In this document: positions 38,399 to 48,372 of the stretch, in pieces
How positions within the stretch are numbered: the first letter of the stretch is position 1
Layout: each line of letters opens with the position of its first letter
Assembly: GCA_944386685.1 (NCBI GenBank)
Contig: CALXCA010000002.1
Location: forward strand, 16,649 to 80,648
Length of the DNA: 64,000 nucleotides
Reading direction: 5' to 3'
Source: an uncultured Clostridia bacterium
GTDB lineage: Bacteria; Bacillota; Clostridia; TANB77; CAG-508
The notes under the pieces: model-generated
Database searches by the model: none
Seen by the model: the letters and a program-made list of their open reading frames with translations, nothing else
Told to the model about the DNA's origin: nothing
Program-made: the position numbers and the translations under genes

Positions 38399-39670
38399 AT
38401 GAAAACATTATTAAAAAACGGAACATTAATTGATTACAAAACAAATACATTTGGAAAATTCGATATACTAATAGAAGAAGACAAAATAGTAAAAATAGAG
38501 AAAAACATTGAAGAAAAAGCAGACAAAATAATTGACTGTACAAATTTATATATTATGCCCGGAATGATTGATATTCATTGCCATTTAAGAGAGCCTGGCT
38601 TTGAATATAAAGAAACTATTGAAACGGGTGCAAATAGTGCTGTTTGCGGAGGATTTACAACAATTTGCCCTATGCCAAATACAAAACCAACCCCAGACAG
38701 TGCTATTATTTTGCAAAAAATCATAGAAGAAGGAAAAAGAGTAGGGTTATGCAATATTTTGCCATATGCATCAGTAACCAAAGGAGAAAAAGGAGAAGAA
38801 TTAGTAAATTTTGAAGAATTGAAAAAAGCAGGAGCAATAGCATTTTCAGATGACGGAATGCCTGTTGTAAATAGCAGAACAATGAGACAAGCAATAATTG
38901 AAGCTGATAGATTAGGAACATTTGTATCATCACATTGTGAAGAAAAAACAGTATCACAAGGAGCAATAAATGCAGGAAAAGTTGCAGAAGAACTTGGAGT
39001 AGAAGGAGTATTACCAGAAGCGGAAGAAATAATGGCAGCAAGAGAAATTGTAATATCTGAAACAAATAATGTAAGAGCACATATATGTCATATTAGTACA
39101 AAAACTTCAAAAAATATGATTAGAGATGCCAAAAAAAGAGGAGTAAAAATAACATGTGAAACTTGCCCACATTATTTTACATTTACAGTAGATGAAGTAA
39201 AAAAATCTGGAACAAATGCAAAAATGAATCCACCATTAAGAGAAGAAAAAGATAGACTTGCAATAATAGAAGGCTTAAAGGAAGGAACAATAGACTGCAT
39301 AATAACAGACCATGCACCACATTCAGAAGAAGAAAAAGCACAAGATTTATCAAAAGCACCAAATGGTATAATAGGATTTGAAACAGCTTTACCAGCAGAA
39401 ATAATGAACCTAGTAGACACTGGAGATATATCATATTTGGATTTAGTAAAACTTACATCATACAATCCTGCAAAATTAATAAAAATAGACAGAGGAACAA
39501 TAGAAGTCGGAAAAGTAGCTGATATAACAATATTTGACCCAAATGAACAATATGTATATACAAAAGAAATGATTGTATCAAAATCAAAAAACAGTCCTTT
39601 TATAGGAAAAAAACTAAAAGGAAAAGTAAAATATACAATTGTATCAGGAAAAGTCGTATATAAATCATAA
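38399..39670 (+). CDS. pyrC: Dihydroorotase
   Basis: DIHCHLREPG metal-binding motif and an amidohydrolase fold along the full length. Confidence 0.85.
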   Translation: MKTLLKNGTLIDYKTNTFGKFDILIEEDKIVKIEKNIEEKADKIIDCTNLYIMPGMIDIHCHLREPGFEYKETIETGANSAVCGGFTTICPMPNTKPTPDSAIILQKIIEEGKRVGLCNILPYASVTKGEKGEELVNFEELKKAGAIAFSDDGMPVVNSRTMRQAIIEADRLGTFVSSHCEEKTVSQGAINAGKVAEELGVEGVLPEAEEIMAAREIVISETNNVRAHICHISTKTSKNMIRDAKKRGVKITCETCPHYFTFTVDEVKKSGTNAKMNPPLREEKDRLAIIEGLKEGTIDCIITDHAPHSEEEKAQDLSKAPNGIIGFETALPAEIMNLVDTGDISYLDLVKLTSYNPAKLIKIDRGTIEVGKVADITIFDPNEQYVYTKEMIVSKSKNSPFIGKKLKGKVKYTIVSGKVVYKS

Positions 39671-39699
39671 ATTTTCAAAATAGAAAGGAAAGAAAAAAC

Positions 39700-40062
39700 A
39701 TGGCAAAAAATTTATTTATTGAATATCCAAAATGTTCAACTTGTCAAAAAGCAAAAAAGTGGCTAGATGAAAATAAAGTAAAATATGAAGACAGACATAT
39801 AGTAGAGCAAACACCAACAAAAGATGAATTAAAAGAATGGATAAAAATTAGTAAGATAGATATTAAAAAATTTTTTAATACAAGTGGAATGAAATATAAG
39901 GAACTAAATTTAAGAGAAAAACTACCACAAATGTCAGAAGAGGAAAAACTAGAATTACTTTCAGCAAATGGAATGTTAATAAAAAGACCAATTTTTGTTT
40001 CTGGCAAAACAATACTATTAGGCTTTAAACAAAAAGAATGGGAAGATAATCTTTTAAAATAA
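39700..40062 (+). CDS. ArsC/Spx-family thioredoxin-fold protein (YffB-like)
   Basis: N-terminal CSTC redox motif (YPKCSTCQKAKKWL). 120 aa. Confidence 0.7.
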   Translation: MAKNLFIEYPKCSTCQKAKKWLDENKVKYEDRHIVEQTPTKDELKEWIKISKIDIKKFFNTSGMKYKELNLREKLPQMSEEEKLELLSANGMLIKRPIFVSGKTILLGFKQKEWEDNLLK

Positions 40063-40069
40063 GAAGGGA

Positions 40070-41011
40070 TTGAATGAATTGAAAAATATAATAGACCAAT
40101 TAATAGAAAAAATAAAAATAATGAAAAATCCAACAGTAATAGGATTAGATCCAAGATATGAAATGCTTCCAAAATATGTTAAAGACAAATATCCAAAAAC
40201 ATTAGAAGGAGTAGGGCAAGCAATAATAGAATATAATAAAGCTCTAATTGATGCAATATATGACATTATACCTGCAATAAAACCACAAATAGCATTTTAC
40301 GAAATGTATGGAATACCAGGAATGCAAGCATTTAAAGTAACTTGTGAATATGCAAAACAAAAAGGAATGTTTGTAATTGCAGACATAAAAAGAGGAGATA
40401 TAGGTTCAACAGCACAAGGATATTCAAATGCATATTTAGGAAAAACTAAAATAGAAGAAAATGAGCAATCATTATATGATATAGACTTTGTAACAGTTAA
40501 TCCATATATGGGAACAGATTGTGTTAAGCCATTTATAGACGATTGTAAAAAATATAATAAAGGATTATTTATTCTAGTAAAAACATCAAATCCATCATCA
40601 GGAGAATTACAAGATGAAAAACTAGAAAATGGAGAAGAAGTATACACAAGAGTTGCAAAATATGTGGAAAAATGGGGCGAAGAATTAAGAGGAGAGTACA
40701 AATATAGTAGTATTTCAGCAGTAGTAGGAGCAACATATCCAGAACAATTAAAACAATTAAGACAAATTGCACCACATACTTATTTTTTAATACCAGGATA
40801 TGGAGCCCAAGGAGGAAAGGCAGAAGACATTGCACTAGGATTTGACGAAAACGGATTAGGTGGAATTGTAAATGCTTCTAGAAGTTTAATGTGTGCTTAT
40901 AAATCAGAGATGTGGAAAGATAAATTTGAAGAAAAAGATTATGCAAAAGCCACAAGAGCAGAAGCAATAAGAATGAAAGAAGAACTATGTTCAAAAATTA
41001 TAATAAAATAG
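40070..41011 (+). CDS. pyrF: Orotidine 5'-phosphate decarboxylase (type 2)
   Basis: VIGLDPRYEMLP and ADIKRGDIGSTAQ catalytic Lys/Asp motifs. TTG start. Confidence 0.85.
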   Translation: MNELKNIIDQLIEKIKIMKNPTVIGLDPRYEMLPKYVKDKYPKTLEGVGQAIIEYNKALIDAIYDIIPAIKPQIAFYEMYGIPGMQAFKVTCEYAKQKGMFVIADIKRGDIGSTAQGYSNAYLGKTKIEENEQSLYDIDFVTVNPYMGTDCVKPFIDDCKKYNKGLFILVKTSNPSSGELQDEKLENGEEVYTRVAKYVEKWGEELRGEYKYSSISAVVGATYPEQLKQLRQIAPHTYFLIPGYGAQGGKAEDIALGFDENGLGGIVNASRSLMCAYKSEMWKDKFEEKDYAKATRAEAIRMKEELCSKIIIK

Positions 41012-41069
41012 GTGTTATCACAAAACAAAAATAAGATAACAATTTTATATTATGCAAGGAGGAATCAAA

Positions 41070-41861
41070 ATGCCTGTAAACATTAAAGCAGAGCTAATAA
41101 AAAAACAAGAAATTGGACCAGAAATGTTAAAATATAGTGTTAAAGCAAAAGAAATAACAGACACAGCAAGACCTGGTCAATTCATAGAAATTAGAGTAAA
41201 TGATGATATTGAACCATTTTTAAGAAGACCAATTAGTATTTATAATATTGACAAAGAAAACGGAATCTTAGAATTCATATTCCAAATAAAAGGTAAAGGA
41301 ACAAAAATATTATCTCAAAAAAGAGAAAGAGACAAAATAGATATATTAGGACCACTAGGATTTGGACCATTTAAATATGCAAGTTACCAAAAATTAGGAG
41401 TAATAGGTGGAGGAATAGGAGTATTCCCATTATATGAACTAACTAAAAGTGCAAAATCTGAAAACAAAAATGTAAATATATATCTTGGATTTAGAAATAA
41501 AGATTTAGTAGTATTAGAAGATAAATTTAAAGAGGTATCTGACAAATTACAAATTACAACAGATGATGGAAGCTATGCAGAAAAAGGTTTTGCAATAGAC
41601 TTCTTAAAAAAAGATATTGAAGATGGAAAAATAGATAGCATATTTGCATGTGGACCATTACCAATGTTAAGAGCAGTGAAAAAACTTGCAATAGAAAAAG
41701 AAATACCATGTCAAATTTCATTAGAAGAAAGGATGGCATGTGGACTAGGAGTATGTCTTGGATGTGCGGTAAAAACAGCAAGAAGCACAGCTGAAAATCC
41801 AGAATATTGGCATGTTTGCAAAGCAGGACCTGTATTCCAAGCAAAAGATGTAGATATTTAA
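41070..41861 (+). CDS. pyrK: Dihydroorotate dehydrogenase electron-transfer subunit
   Basis: FAD/NAD-binding fold (RRPISI, GGGIGVFP) and a C-terminal [2Fe-2S] cluster C-x4-C-x2-C (MACGLGVCLGC). AGGAGG ribosome-binding site before the ATG at 41070. Confidence 0.85.
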   Translation: MPVNIKAELIKKQEIGPEMLKYSVKAKEITDTARPGQFIEIRVNDDIEPFLRRPISIYNIDKENGILEFIFQIKGKGTKILSQKRERDKIDILGPLGFGPFKYASYQKLGVIGGGIGVFPLYELTKSAKSENKNVNIYLGFRNKDLVVLEDKFKEVSDKLQITTDDGSYAEKGFAIDFLKKDIEDGKIDSIFACGPLPMLRAVKKLAIEKEIPCQISLEERMACGLGVCLGCAVKTARSTAENPEYWHVCKAGPVFQAKDVDI

Positions 41862-42001
41862 AGTAAAAATATAGTTTTAATATAGAAAATTTATTTTCAA
41901 AAAATAATAAGTTTAAAAAACTAAAAATTGCCAAGGTAAAAGGTTAAAAAATTTTTAATTTTTAGCCAATTATAAAACTTAAGAGAGGATTGATAATAAA
42001 A

Positions 42002-42910
42002 ATGAATACAAATATAAATTTTGCCGGAATAGAAATGAAAAATCCAGTAACAGTAGCCTCAGGAACATTTGGATATGGTAGAGAATTTAGTAATTTCTTT
42101 GATTTAAGTAAATTAGGAGGAATAATAACAAAAGGAACATCACTAAAACCAAAAAGTGGAAACAAACCACCAAGAGTATGTGAAACAGCAAGTGGAATGT
42201 TAAATAGTATAGGACTTCAAAATCCAGGGGTAGAATATTTTGCACAAAATGACTTGCCATTTTTAAGAAAATTTGACACGGCAATAATAGTAAATGCCTG
42301 TGGAAGCACAATTGATGAATATGTTGAATTATGCAAAATTCTAAATACACTTGACATAGATGGAGTAGAATTAAACTTATCATGTCCTAATGTTAAAGCA
42401 GGATGTATGGCATTTGGAAATACATATGATGGAGTAAAAGAAATAACAAGCAAAGTTAGAAAAGTTTTACAAAAGCCACTTATAGTAAAATTAACACCAA
42501 ATGTAACAAATATTGCAGAAATAGCAAAAGCAGTGGAAGATGCAGGAGCTGATGGAGTATCATTAATAAATACATTACTTGGAATGAAAATTGATATTAA
42601 CAAAAGAAAACCAGTATTAGCAAATAATACAGGAGGACTTTCTGGTCCAGCAATAAAGCCAGTTGCTGTAAGAATGGTTTATCAAGTGGCTCAAGCTGTA
42701 AAAATACCAATTTTAGGAATGGGTGGAATTGTGAATGGCGAAGATGCAATAGAATTTATGCTAGCAGGAGCAAGTGCAATTTCTATTGGTGCAGGTAACT
42801 TTATTTCTCCTACTACTAGTATTGACACAATTTCTCAAATTGAAGATTATATGAGAAAAAATAATATTCAAGATATTAAGGAAATTGTTGGAAAAGTTGA
42901 GATGAACTAA
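42002..42910 (+). CDS. pyrD: Dihydroorotate dehydrogenase 1B catalytic subunit
   Basis: TIM-barrel DHODH motifs (NPVTVASGTFGYG; ELNLSCPN; GGLSGP; GMGGIVNGEDA). Confidence 0.9.
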   Translation: MNTNINFAGIEMKNPVTVASGTFGYGREFSNFFDLSKLGGIITKGTSLKPKSGNKPPRVCETASGMLNSIGLQNPGVEYFAQNDLPFLRKFDTAIIVNACGSTIDEYVELCKILNTLDIDGVELNLSCPNVKAGCMAFGNTYDGVKEITSKVRKVLQKPLIVKLTPNVTNIAEIAKAVEDAGADGVSLINTLLGMKIDINKRKPVLANNTGGLSGPAIKPVAVRMVYQVAQAVKIPILGMGGIVNGEDAIEFMLAGASAISIGAGNFISPTTSIDTISQIEDYMRKNNIQDIKEIVGKVEMN

Positions 42911-42934
42911 ATAAAACAATTTAAGATTCAATAA

Positions 42935-43054
42935 AAGAGCTTCGCTCAAACGGATGCACACAAATTTTACTATGTAAAATTTGGCACATGAACAATGACG
43001 CGGACTTTAAAATGTTATGAATATATAAAATGTCTAAAAAAGTCCGCTATTGTT
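42935..43054. repeat. Mosaic hairpin-module repeat (family 2) downstream of pyrD
   Basis: Modules aaagagcttcgctcaaacggatgcacacaaattttac-tatg-gtaaaatttggcac...aacaatgac and gcggacttt...aaagtccgctattgtt. Confidence 0.5.
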
Positions 43055-43086
43055 TATTGATAAAAATAAATATTAGGTGATAAAAA

Positions 43087-43815
43087 ATGAAAATTGGCAT
43101 AATAACAGATATTCATAGTAATATAATAGCTTTAAATGGAGTATTAAATAAATTTGAAAATTTAAATGTAGATAAAATAATATGTTGTGGAGATATTATT
43201 GGAATAGGACCAAATCCAGAAGAAACTGTTCAAGAATTAATTAAAAGAAAAGATAAATTAATTTCAGTAATTGGAAACCATGAACAGTACTTATTAAAAG
43301 GGCTACCAAAGGAAGTACATGATGATAAAAGAAGTATGAGTACACAAGAAATTAAAAATCATAAATGGATACATAATCAATTGAGCAAAAGCTCTGTAGA
43401 TTTTATTAGAGAGTTTAAAGTTTCTGAATTTTTAGAAATTGAAAATAAAAAAATATATATTGTGCATTATCCACTTAATGAAACTGGAAAATATAAAACT
43501 CACATAAAAAATCCTACAATTGAACAAAATGAAAAAATGTTTAGTGACATAAATGCAGATATATTTTTATATGGACATACTCATACAACTAGTATTAATA
43601 ATAGTAATAACAAATGGTATATAAATACTGGAGCATTAGGATGCCCTGGTAAAAGCAATATAGCTAGAGCTGGTATTTTAGAAATAAATAATGATGAAAT
43701 AATATATGAACAATTAAATATAGAATATGATGTCAATAAAGCTATAGAACAAATTGAAAGGTTGAAGTTTCCTTTTTATAAAAATATTTTGAAAATTTTT
43801 TATGGAAAAGATTAA
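43087..43815 (+). CDS. Calcineurin-like metallophosphoesterase (YfcE-like)
   Basis: MKIGIITDIHSN, CCGDIIGIGP, GNHE, HYP...YGHTH motifs. Confidence 0.7.
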   Translation: MKIGIITDIHSNIIALNGVLNKFENLNVDKIICCGDIIGIGPNPEETVQELIKRKDKLISVIGNHEQYLLKGLPKEVHDDKRSMSTQEIKNHKWIHNQLSKSSVDFIREFKVSEFLEIENKKIYIVHYPLNETGKYKTHIKNPTIEQNEKMFSDINADIFLYGHTHTTSINNSNNKWYINTGALGCPGKSNIARAGILEINNDEIIYEQLNIEYDVNKAIEQIERLKFPFYKNILKIFYGKD

Positions 43816-43909
43816 AGTAATTTTAAATGTTATATATAGCATATTTTTACTTAATTTTTGAAAAACTCTTGAAAAATCTAAAAAATCACAGTATAATATA
43901 ATGGTAAAA

Positions 43910-43986
43910 GCGCTCGTAGTTTAGTTGGATAGAATGGCAGGCTACGAACTTGCAGATCGGGGGTTCGAATCCCTCCGGGCGCACCA
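43910..43986 (+). tRNA. tRNA-Arg (anticodon ACG)
   Basis: GCGCTCG-TA-GTTT-AGTTGGATA-GAAT-G-GCAGG-CTACGAA-CTTGC-AGATC-GGGGG-TTCGAAT-CCCTC-CGGGCGC-A-CCA. A TTGAAA-17-TATAAT promoter lies at 43868-43896. Confidence 0.85.
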
Positions 43987-44028
43987 ATAACGTTTTTGTT
44001 CGAACGCCATCAAACAGAATTGTTACAA

Positions 44029-44058
44029 AAATCAATCAGTAAAATGGTTGATTTTTTT
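44029..44058 (+). terminator. Terminator after tRNA-Arg
   Basis: aatcaa-tcagtaaaatgg-ttgatt followed by T9. Confidence 0.45.
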
Positions 44059-44151
44059 TTGAAAAAATACTGTATATAAAAAGAAAATTTGATTGACTTT
44101 TACAAACAAATGTTTTATAATATTGTTTGAAATATAAAAAAATATTGTGAA

Positions 44152-44970
44152 ATGGAGATGATAATATTGAAAGATATAAATAATGCTAATAAATCATTTG
44201 AAGATATCAAGCATATTGATGAAAATGGAATAGAATATTGGAATGCCAGAGAATTACAAAATGTTCTAAATTATAAGGAATGGAGAAAATTTGAAAATGT
44301 AATAAACAAAGCAAAAGAATCTTGTAAAAACAGTGACATTAGTGTTCTTGAACATTTTGTCGACGTCGACAAGTTGTCAAAACGTGCTAATAATGCAGAA
44401 GTTGTAATCAAAGATTACAAATTAACACGTTATGCTTGTTATTTAATAGCACAAAATGGAGATACTAGAAAGAAAGTAATTGCACTTGCGCAAACATATT
44501 TTGCAATTCAAACTAGAAAACAAGAAATTAGTGAAAAAGAGTACACTTCATTAACAGAAGATGAAAAAAGATTTTATCAAAGAAATCTTACAAGAAAAGG
44601 AAATTATTCACTAAATCAAACAGCAAAAAGTGTGGGTGTTAAAAATTTTGATAAATTTCATAATGCTGGATATAAAGGCTTATATAATGGTGAGACTGCT
44701 GATGATATTGCAAAAAGAAAAGGATTAAGATATAGAGAGAATATTTTAGATAATATGGGAAGTGAAGAACTTGCAGCAAATCTTTTTCGCATTACGCAAA
44801 CAGAATCAAGATTAAAAAGAGATAAAGTTGATACTGAAAAGAAAGCTTGTGATACTCATAATAAAATTGGAAAAATAGTTAGAAAAGCGATTAAACAGGC
44901 AGGACGGAACTATGCCAGAAGAATTGCCTACACCTCAAAAGAGCTTAAAACAATTAAAAAAAGAAAATAA
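44152..44970 (+). CDS. dinD: DNA-damage-inducible protein D-like (Bro-N/KilA-N type N-terminal domain)
   Basis: Collinear with E. coli DinD ([39 protein letters not shown]...[35 protein letters not shown] versus FEEIRHYGTEGQEFWSARELAPLLDYRDWRNFQKVLARA...[35 protein letters not shown]). Confidence 0.75.
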   Translation: [272 protein letters not shown]

Positions 44971-45320
44971 GAGGAGTTTGAAGAAAACAGAAAAATAGTT
45001 AATAAACTGGTTCCACAATGTGGAACTGATAAGTAACAGTGCCACATTATTAAAGAAAGAGGATAAAACAAATGTATAATGAAAAAATAGATGAAATAAT
45101 TTATCTGCTAAAAAATAATAGTATATCAGATTTTATAGCTAGTTTATCTTTAATTGTTGCAATAATAGCTGTTATAGATTTATTATGATAGATAATAAAG
45201 AAATGTATCATTTAGGTGCTTCTATAAAAGATTTGGGCAAAAAATGTTTTGGAATTAATAAAATAGAAGATATGAAAATTATAGAAAAAATATTTAATTT
45301 ATTTTGAAGGAGTTTAAGAT

Positions 45321-45950
45321 ATGAAAAATACTATAATTTATTTAATTAGACATGCAGAAACAATTGAAGAAAACGGAATTAGAAACACAAACGAAGATTC
45401 CCAAATAATTAATGAAAAAGAAATATTATCTGTATATGGAGAACAACAATCACAAAAATTAAGCAGAAATATCGAACTAAAAAATATTGATATTATATGG
45501 TCAAGTAGTTATGCAAGAGCAAAAGCAACTGCAAAATATATTGCAAGTAAAAATAATTTACCAATTAATATAGACAGTAGCTTAAATGAAAGAAAACTAG
45601 GAAATTTAAAAGAATTAGGAGAATTTATGAAGGACAAAAAAACACAAGATCCTTCCCAAGAACAATTATTAGATAGAAAATTTAAAACTTCTGATGGAGA
45701 GAGTGCAGAAGATACAAGACAGAGAATGACTAAATTTTTTGATAAAATTTTACAAGAATATAATTGGAAAAAGATTGCTGTTGTAAGTCATGGTGGTTCA
45801 ATAAAATTTTTCCTACTAAACTGGTGCAAAGTAAATGAAGATGTTAAATTAGTATATAAAAATACTGTTTTAGATATAACATCACCTTGCTTATTAAAAT
45901 TAACTTTTAGAGAAAATGAGCTAGTAAATATAGAACAAATAAAACAATAA
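45321..45950 (+). CDS. Histidine phosphatase family protein (phosphoglycerate-mutase-like)
   Basis: N-terminal LIRHAET catalytic His motif, then SSSYARA..TA and HGG near the C-terminus. Confidence 0.65.
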   Translation: MKNTIIYLIRHAETIEENGIRNTNEDSQIINEKEILSVYGEQQSQKLSRNIELKNIDIIWSSSYARAKATAKYIASKNNLPINIDSSLNERKLGNLKELGEFMKDKKTQDPSQEQLLDRKFKTSDGESAEDTRQRMTKFFDKILQEYNWKKIAVVSHGGSIKFFLLNWCKVNEDVKLVYKNTVLDITSPCLLKLTFRENELVNIEQIKQ

Positions 45951-46075
45951 TAATATAAATATATAGAATATAAAACAAATTAAATAAATTTGAGAATCAC
46001 ACAATAAAAAATGTTTGACTATTAAATAGTTATAGTATATAATGCAATAAAAGAAAAAATTCTAGTTTTAAATAT

Positions 46076-46354
46076 TTGGAAGGAAAAACTAAAATGTTAG
46101 ATAATAAATATGCTAAAGCATATACAGAGGTATTAGAGATAATAAAATATTTTCCTGAAGAAGAATATAATAAAATACCAAAAGAAAAAATTGAATTTTA
46201 TAAAAATAATAAGGATAAAGATTACAAATTTATTATTGATCCAAGAATTGATTTATCAAAGCAAAACGTATCTAAAGAAGCAAGTGCAATTATTGTAACG
46301 ATATTTAAAGATTATTTTGCTTCTGAAGAACAAAAGAAAAAGGTATTGATATAA
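46076..46354 (+). CDS. Hypothetical protein (92 aa); possibly the N-terminal fragment of a disrupted gene
   Basis: ORF only. Its end overlaps an open frame that continues downstream. Confidence 0.4.
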   Translation: MEGKTKMLDNKYAKAYTEVLEIIKYFPEEEYNKIPKEKIEFYKNNKDKDYKFIIDPRIDLSKQNVSKEASAIIVTIFKDYFASEEQKKKVLI

Positions 46355-47283
46355 TTTTATGTACAACAGGTAATAACAATTGGGTAGAACGATTTTTATC
46401 TTTAAAACCAGAATTTAGAGAATTATTTACAAAAATATATTCACGAGATAATCAACGCGAATGGCAAGGAATAATAAGTTATGAAGAGTTCCCAATAGAA
46501 AGTACATTCTGGAATCCTAATGGTAAGCCTGTAACAACATGAGGATATAATTCTGTTTTATTTATTGATGATGCTCCAGCAGTTAAAGACAATTTGGAAA
46601 AAATCTATGCAGACAATACAGGAAATCGTGAAGGAGTTATGAAAATAATTAAAGCTTTTTCTAAATTTTTACCAGATGAAATTTATGAAGGAAGAAAAAA
46701 ATATGATAAGGATTATTTAGCCAAAGTAATGAAGTATTTACCAGAAAATATTTTAAGCAAATTTCCTAGCAAGAAAATTGATACAACATTTTTTAAAATA
46801 CCATTTTATAATATAGATTATTATAAATTGACCGGAATATTTGATTTATTAAATGATCCCAATATTAACTCTGAAACTCGTGAAAAAATTATACAACTGA
46901 TTAAAACTGTAGAAAATGATCCTGGATGTAGAATGATATGTGAAGAAGTTGATAGATTTATGGAAAAAGAATTTGCTCCAGGATTAATTATGGCTGAAAA
47001 AAATCATGAACAAGAACTAAAATCTTATTTAGATAAAACATTTGAATTTGAATTAGGAATGCTTCCAAATACGTCACATAAATGCCCTCAAGCAGTATTT
47101 GATGAATATATGTCTCAAGATAGAAAAGGTCCTTATGAAGGAATTTTACCAGAAGTAATAAGCATAAATTCTGCGGTAAATAGTCTTATAAGACAAGAGG
47201 GGGTGATAGAAAATATCGGAAATGATGGAACAGAGAAAAAAGAAAGTGAACAAAATGCACAACAAACAGGAGAACAAAAATAA
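46327..47283 (+). pseudogene. Hypothetical gene disrupted by an in-frame TGA (46540-46542) and lacking a start codon upstream of it
   Basis: One frame is open from 46327 to 47283 apart from a single TGA. It reads ...ERFLSLKPEFRELFTKIYSRDNQREWQGIISYEEFPIESTFWNPNGKPVTT*GYNSVLFIDDAPAVKDNLEKIYADNTGNREGV... The track ORF covers 46594-47283 (229 aa). Confidence 0.4.
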
Positions 47284-47370
47284 GATTGCATTGTGTTTAT
47301 TTAGAAGAAATTCGATTTTAAAGAATATTAAATAAATTCAAAAAAAATAAGATAAATAACGAATTTTTAT

Positions 47371-47494
47371 TTGACTTTTTAATATATTCTGTGTATAATA
47401 AATATAGGAAATAGAGAAACCACAAACGTGGTTTTGCCAGATAAATTGAGAAAACTCACATCTACCTTGCAAAGTACAGATGTGAGCTTTTTTT
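47371..47494 (+). ncRNA. Candidate small RNA of about 88 nt, delimited by a promoter and a terminator
   Basis: TTGACT-17-TATAAT at 47371-47399. The transcribed part carries two hairpins (gaaaccacaaacgtggtttt; ctcacatct-accttgcaaagtac-agatgtgag) and ends in T7. No ORF with a ribosome-binding site is present. Confidence 0.4.
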
Positions 47495-47859
47495 ATTTAT
47501 GTAGTTGCTTATCAACCCAGTTCTTAAACAGAACTGCTGTCAAGGCAACGTTTAATGTTAAAGATAACATTAAAGATATTATAAAAAATAGTATCACTTT
47601 AACCATAAACATCACCACCCTTCCTACGAAGATTCGTAAAATTGGTGGCAAAAACCACATCTGCTTATTCTCATTTCCTATGTCAACAAGTATAACATAC
47701 ATTTTACATTAAAACAATAGAAACAAACAAATATTTGCAAAAAATTTTTAATAAAAATAAATTTTAATAAAAAATATTGAAAAATATTAAAAATATGATA
47801 TAATATTAGCCAAAGTTAATTAATAAAAATAAATCCGATGAAAAAGCAAAGTAGATATA

Positions 47860-48245
47860 TAAAAAGTAACAGAGAAAATAGCAAAGCTGAGAGCTATTTA
47901 AAAAATATATTGAAATTTCACTTTTGAGGACTTCTTTTCAAAGCAGAACAAATGTAATAACAGAATTCATGTTATTGTTAAAGAAAAGATATTTTTTACA
48001 ATAAAAGAATAAAATATTACTGAAAATAAAAGCAACTAGAAAGAAGCGGTAGAACCGTTAAAACTATAAATGAGATTAATTGATAAAATTATAATCAATT
48101 TTAAATTTTGACTTTAATAAACAATATAAATAAAGCTAATAAAAATTATGGTTATATAAAATTTAAAAACAATTAATAAAATTAGGTGGTACCACGAAAT
48201 AGCCAATCGTCCTAATACAGGGATGTATTGGCTATTTTCTTATTT
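47860..48245 (+). promoter_or_regulatory. T-box riboswitch leader (Phe specifier) of pheST
   Basis: Stem I with AGAGA (acagagaaaat) and a specifier region containing UUC (gacttcttt). T-box sequence AATTAGGTGGTACCACG at 48178-48196. Terminator atagccaat...attggctatttt at 48198-48240. Promoter TTGAAA-16/17-TATAAT at about 47777-47806. Confidence 0.75.
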
Positions 48246-48372
48246 GTTCTTAGGAATAGCTTTTTTCTACTAAATAAAAGGGCTTTGTCCTAACAAATAC
48301 ATATATAAAAAATAAAGAAAAATGAAGATATCAAGAGATAATCATTCATTTATAGTAAGAGGAGGAAAAACA

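Noticed and set aside
46540-46542. In-frame TGA read as selenocysteine or a reassigned codon
   Set aside because: TGA terminates the ABC exporter gene at 24471-24473 and Trp is encoded by TGG throughout. No SECIS-like hairpin was noticed after 46542, and the upstream segment also lacks a start codon. Pseudogenisation is therefore more parsimonious.
47428-47712. 94-aa ORF downstream of the sRNA-candidate promoter
   Set aside because: It starts at a GTG inside a hairpin and runs through an intrinsic terminator. It has no ribosome-binding site and odd composition (Cys/Thr-rich), so it is probably spurious.
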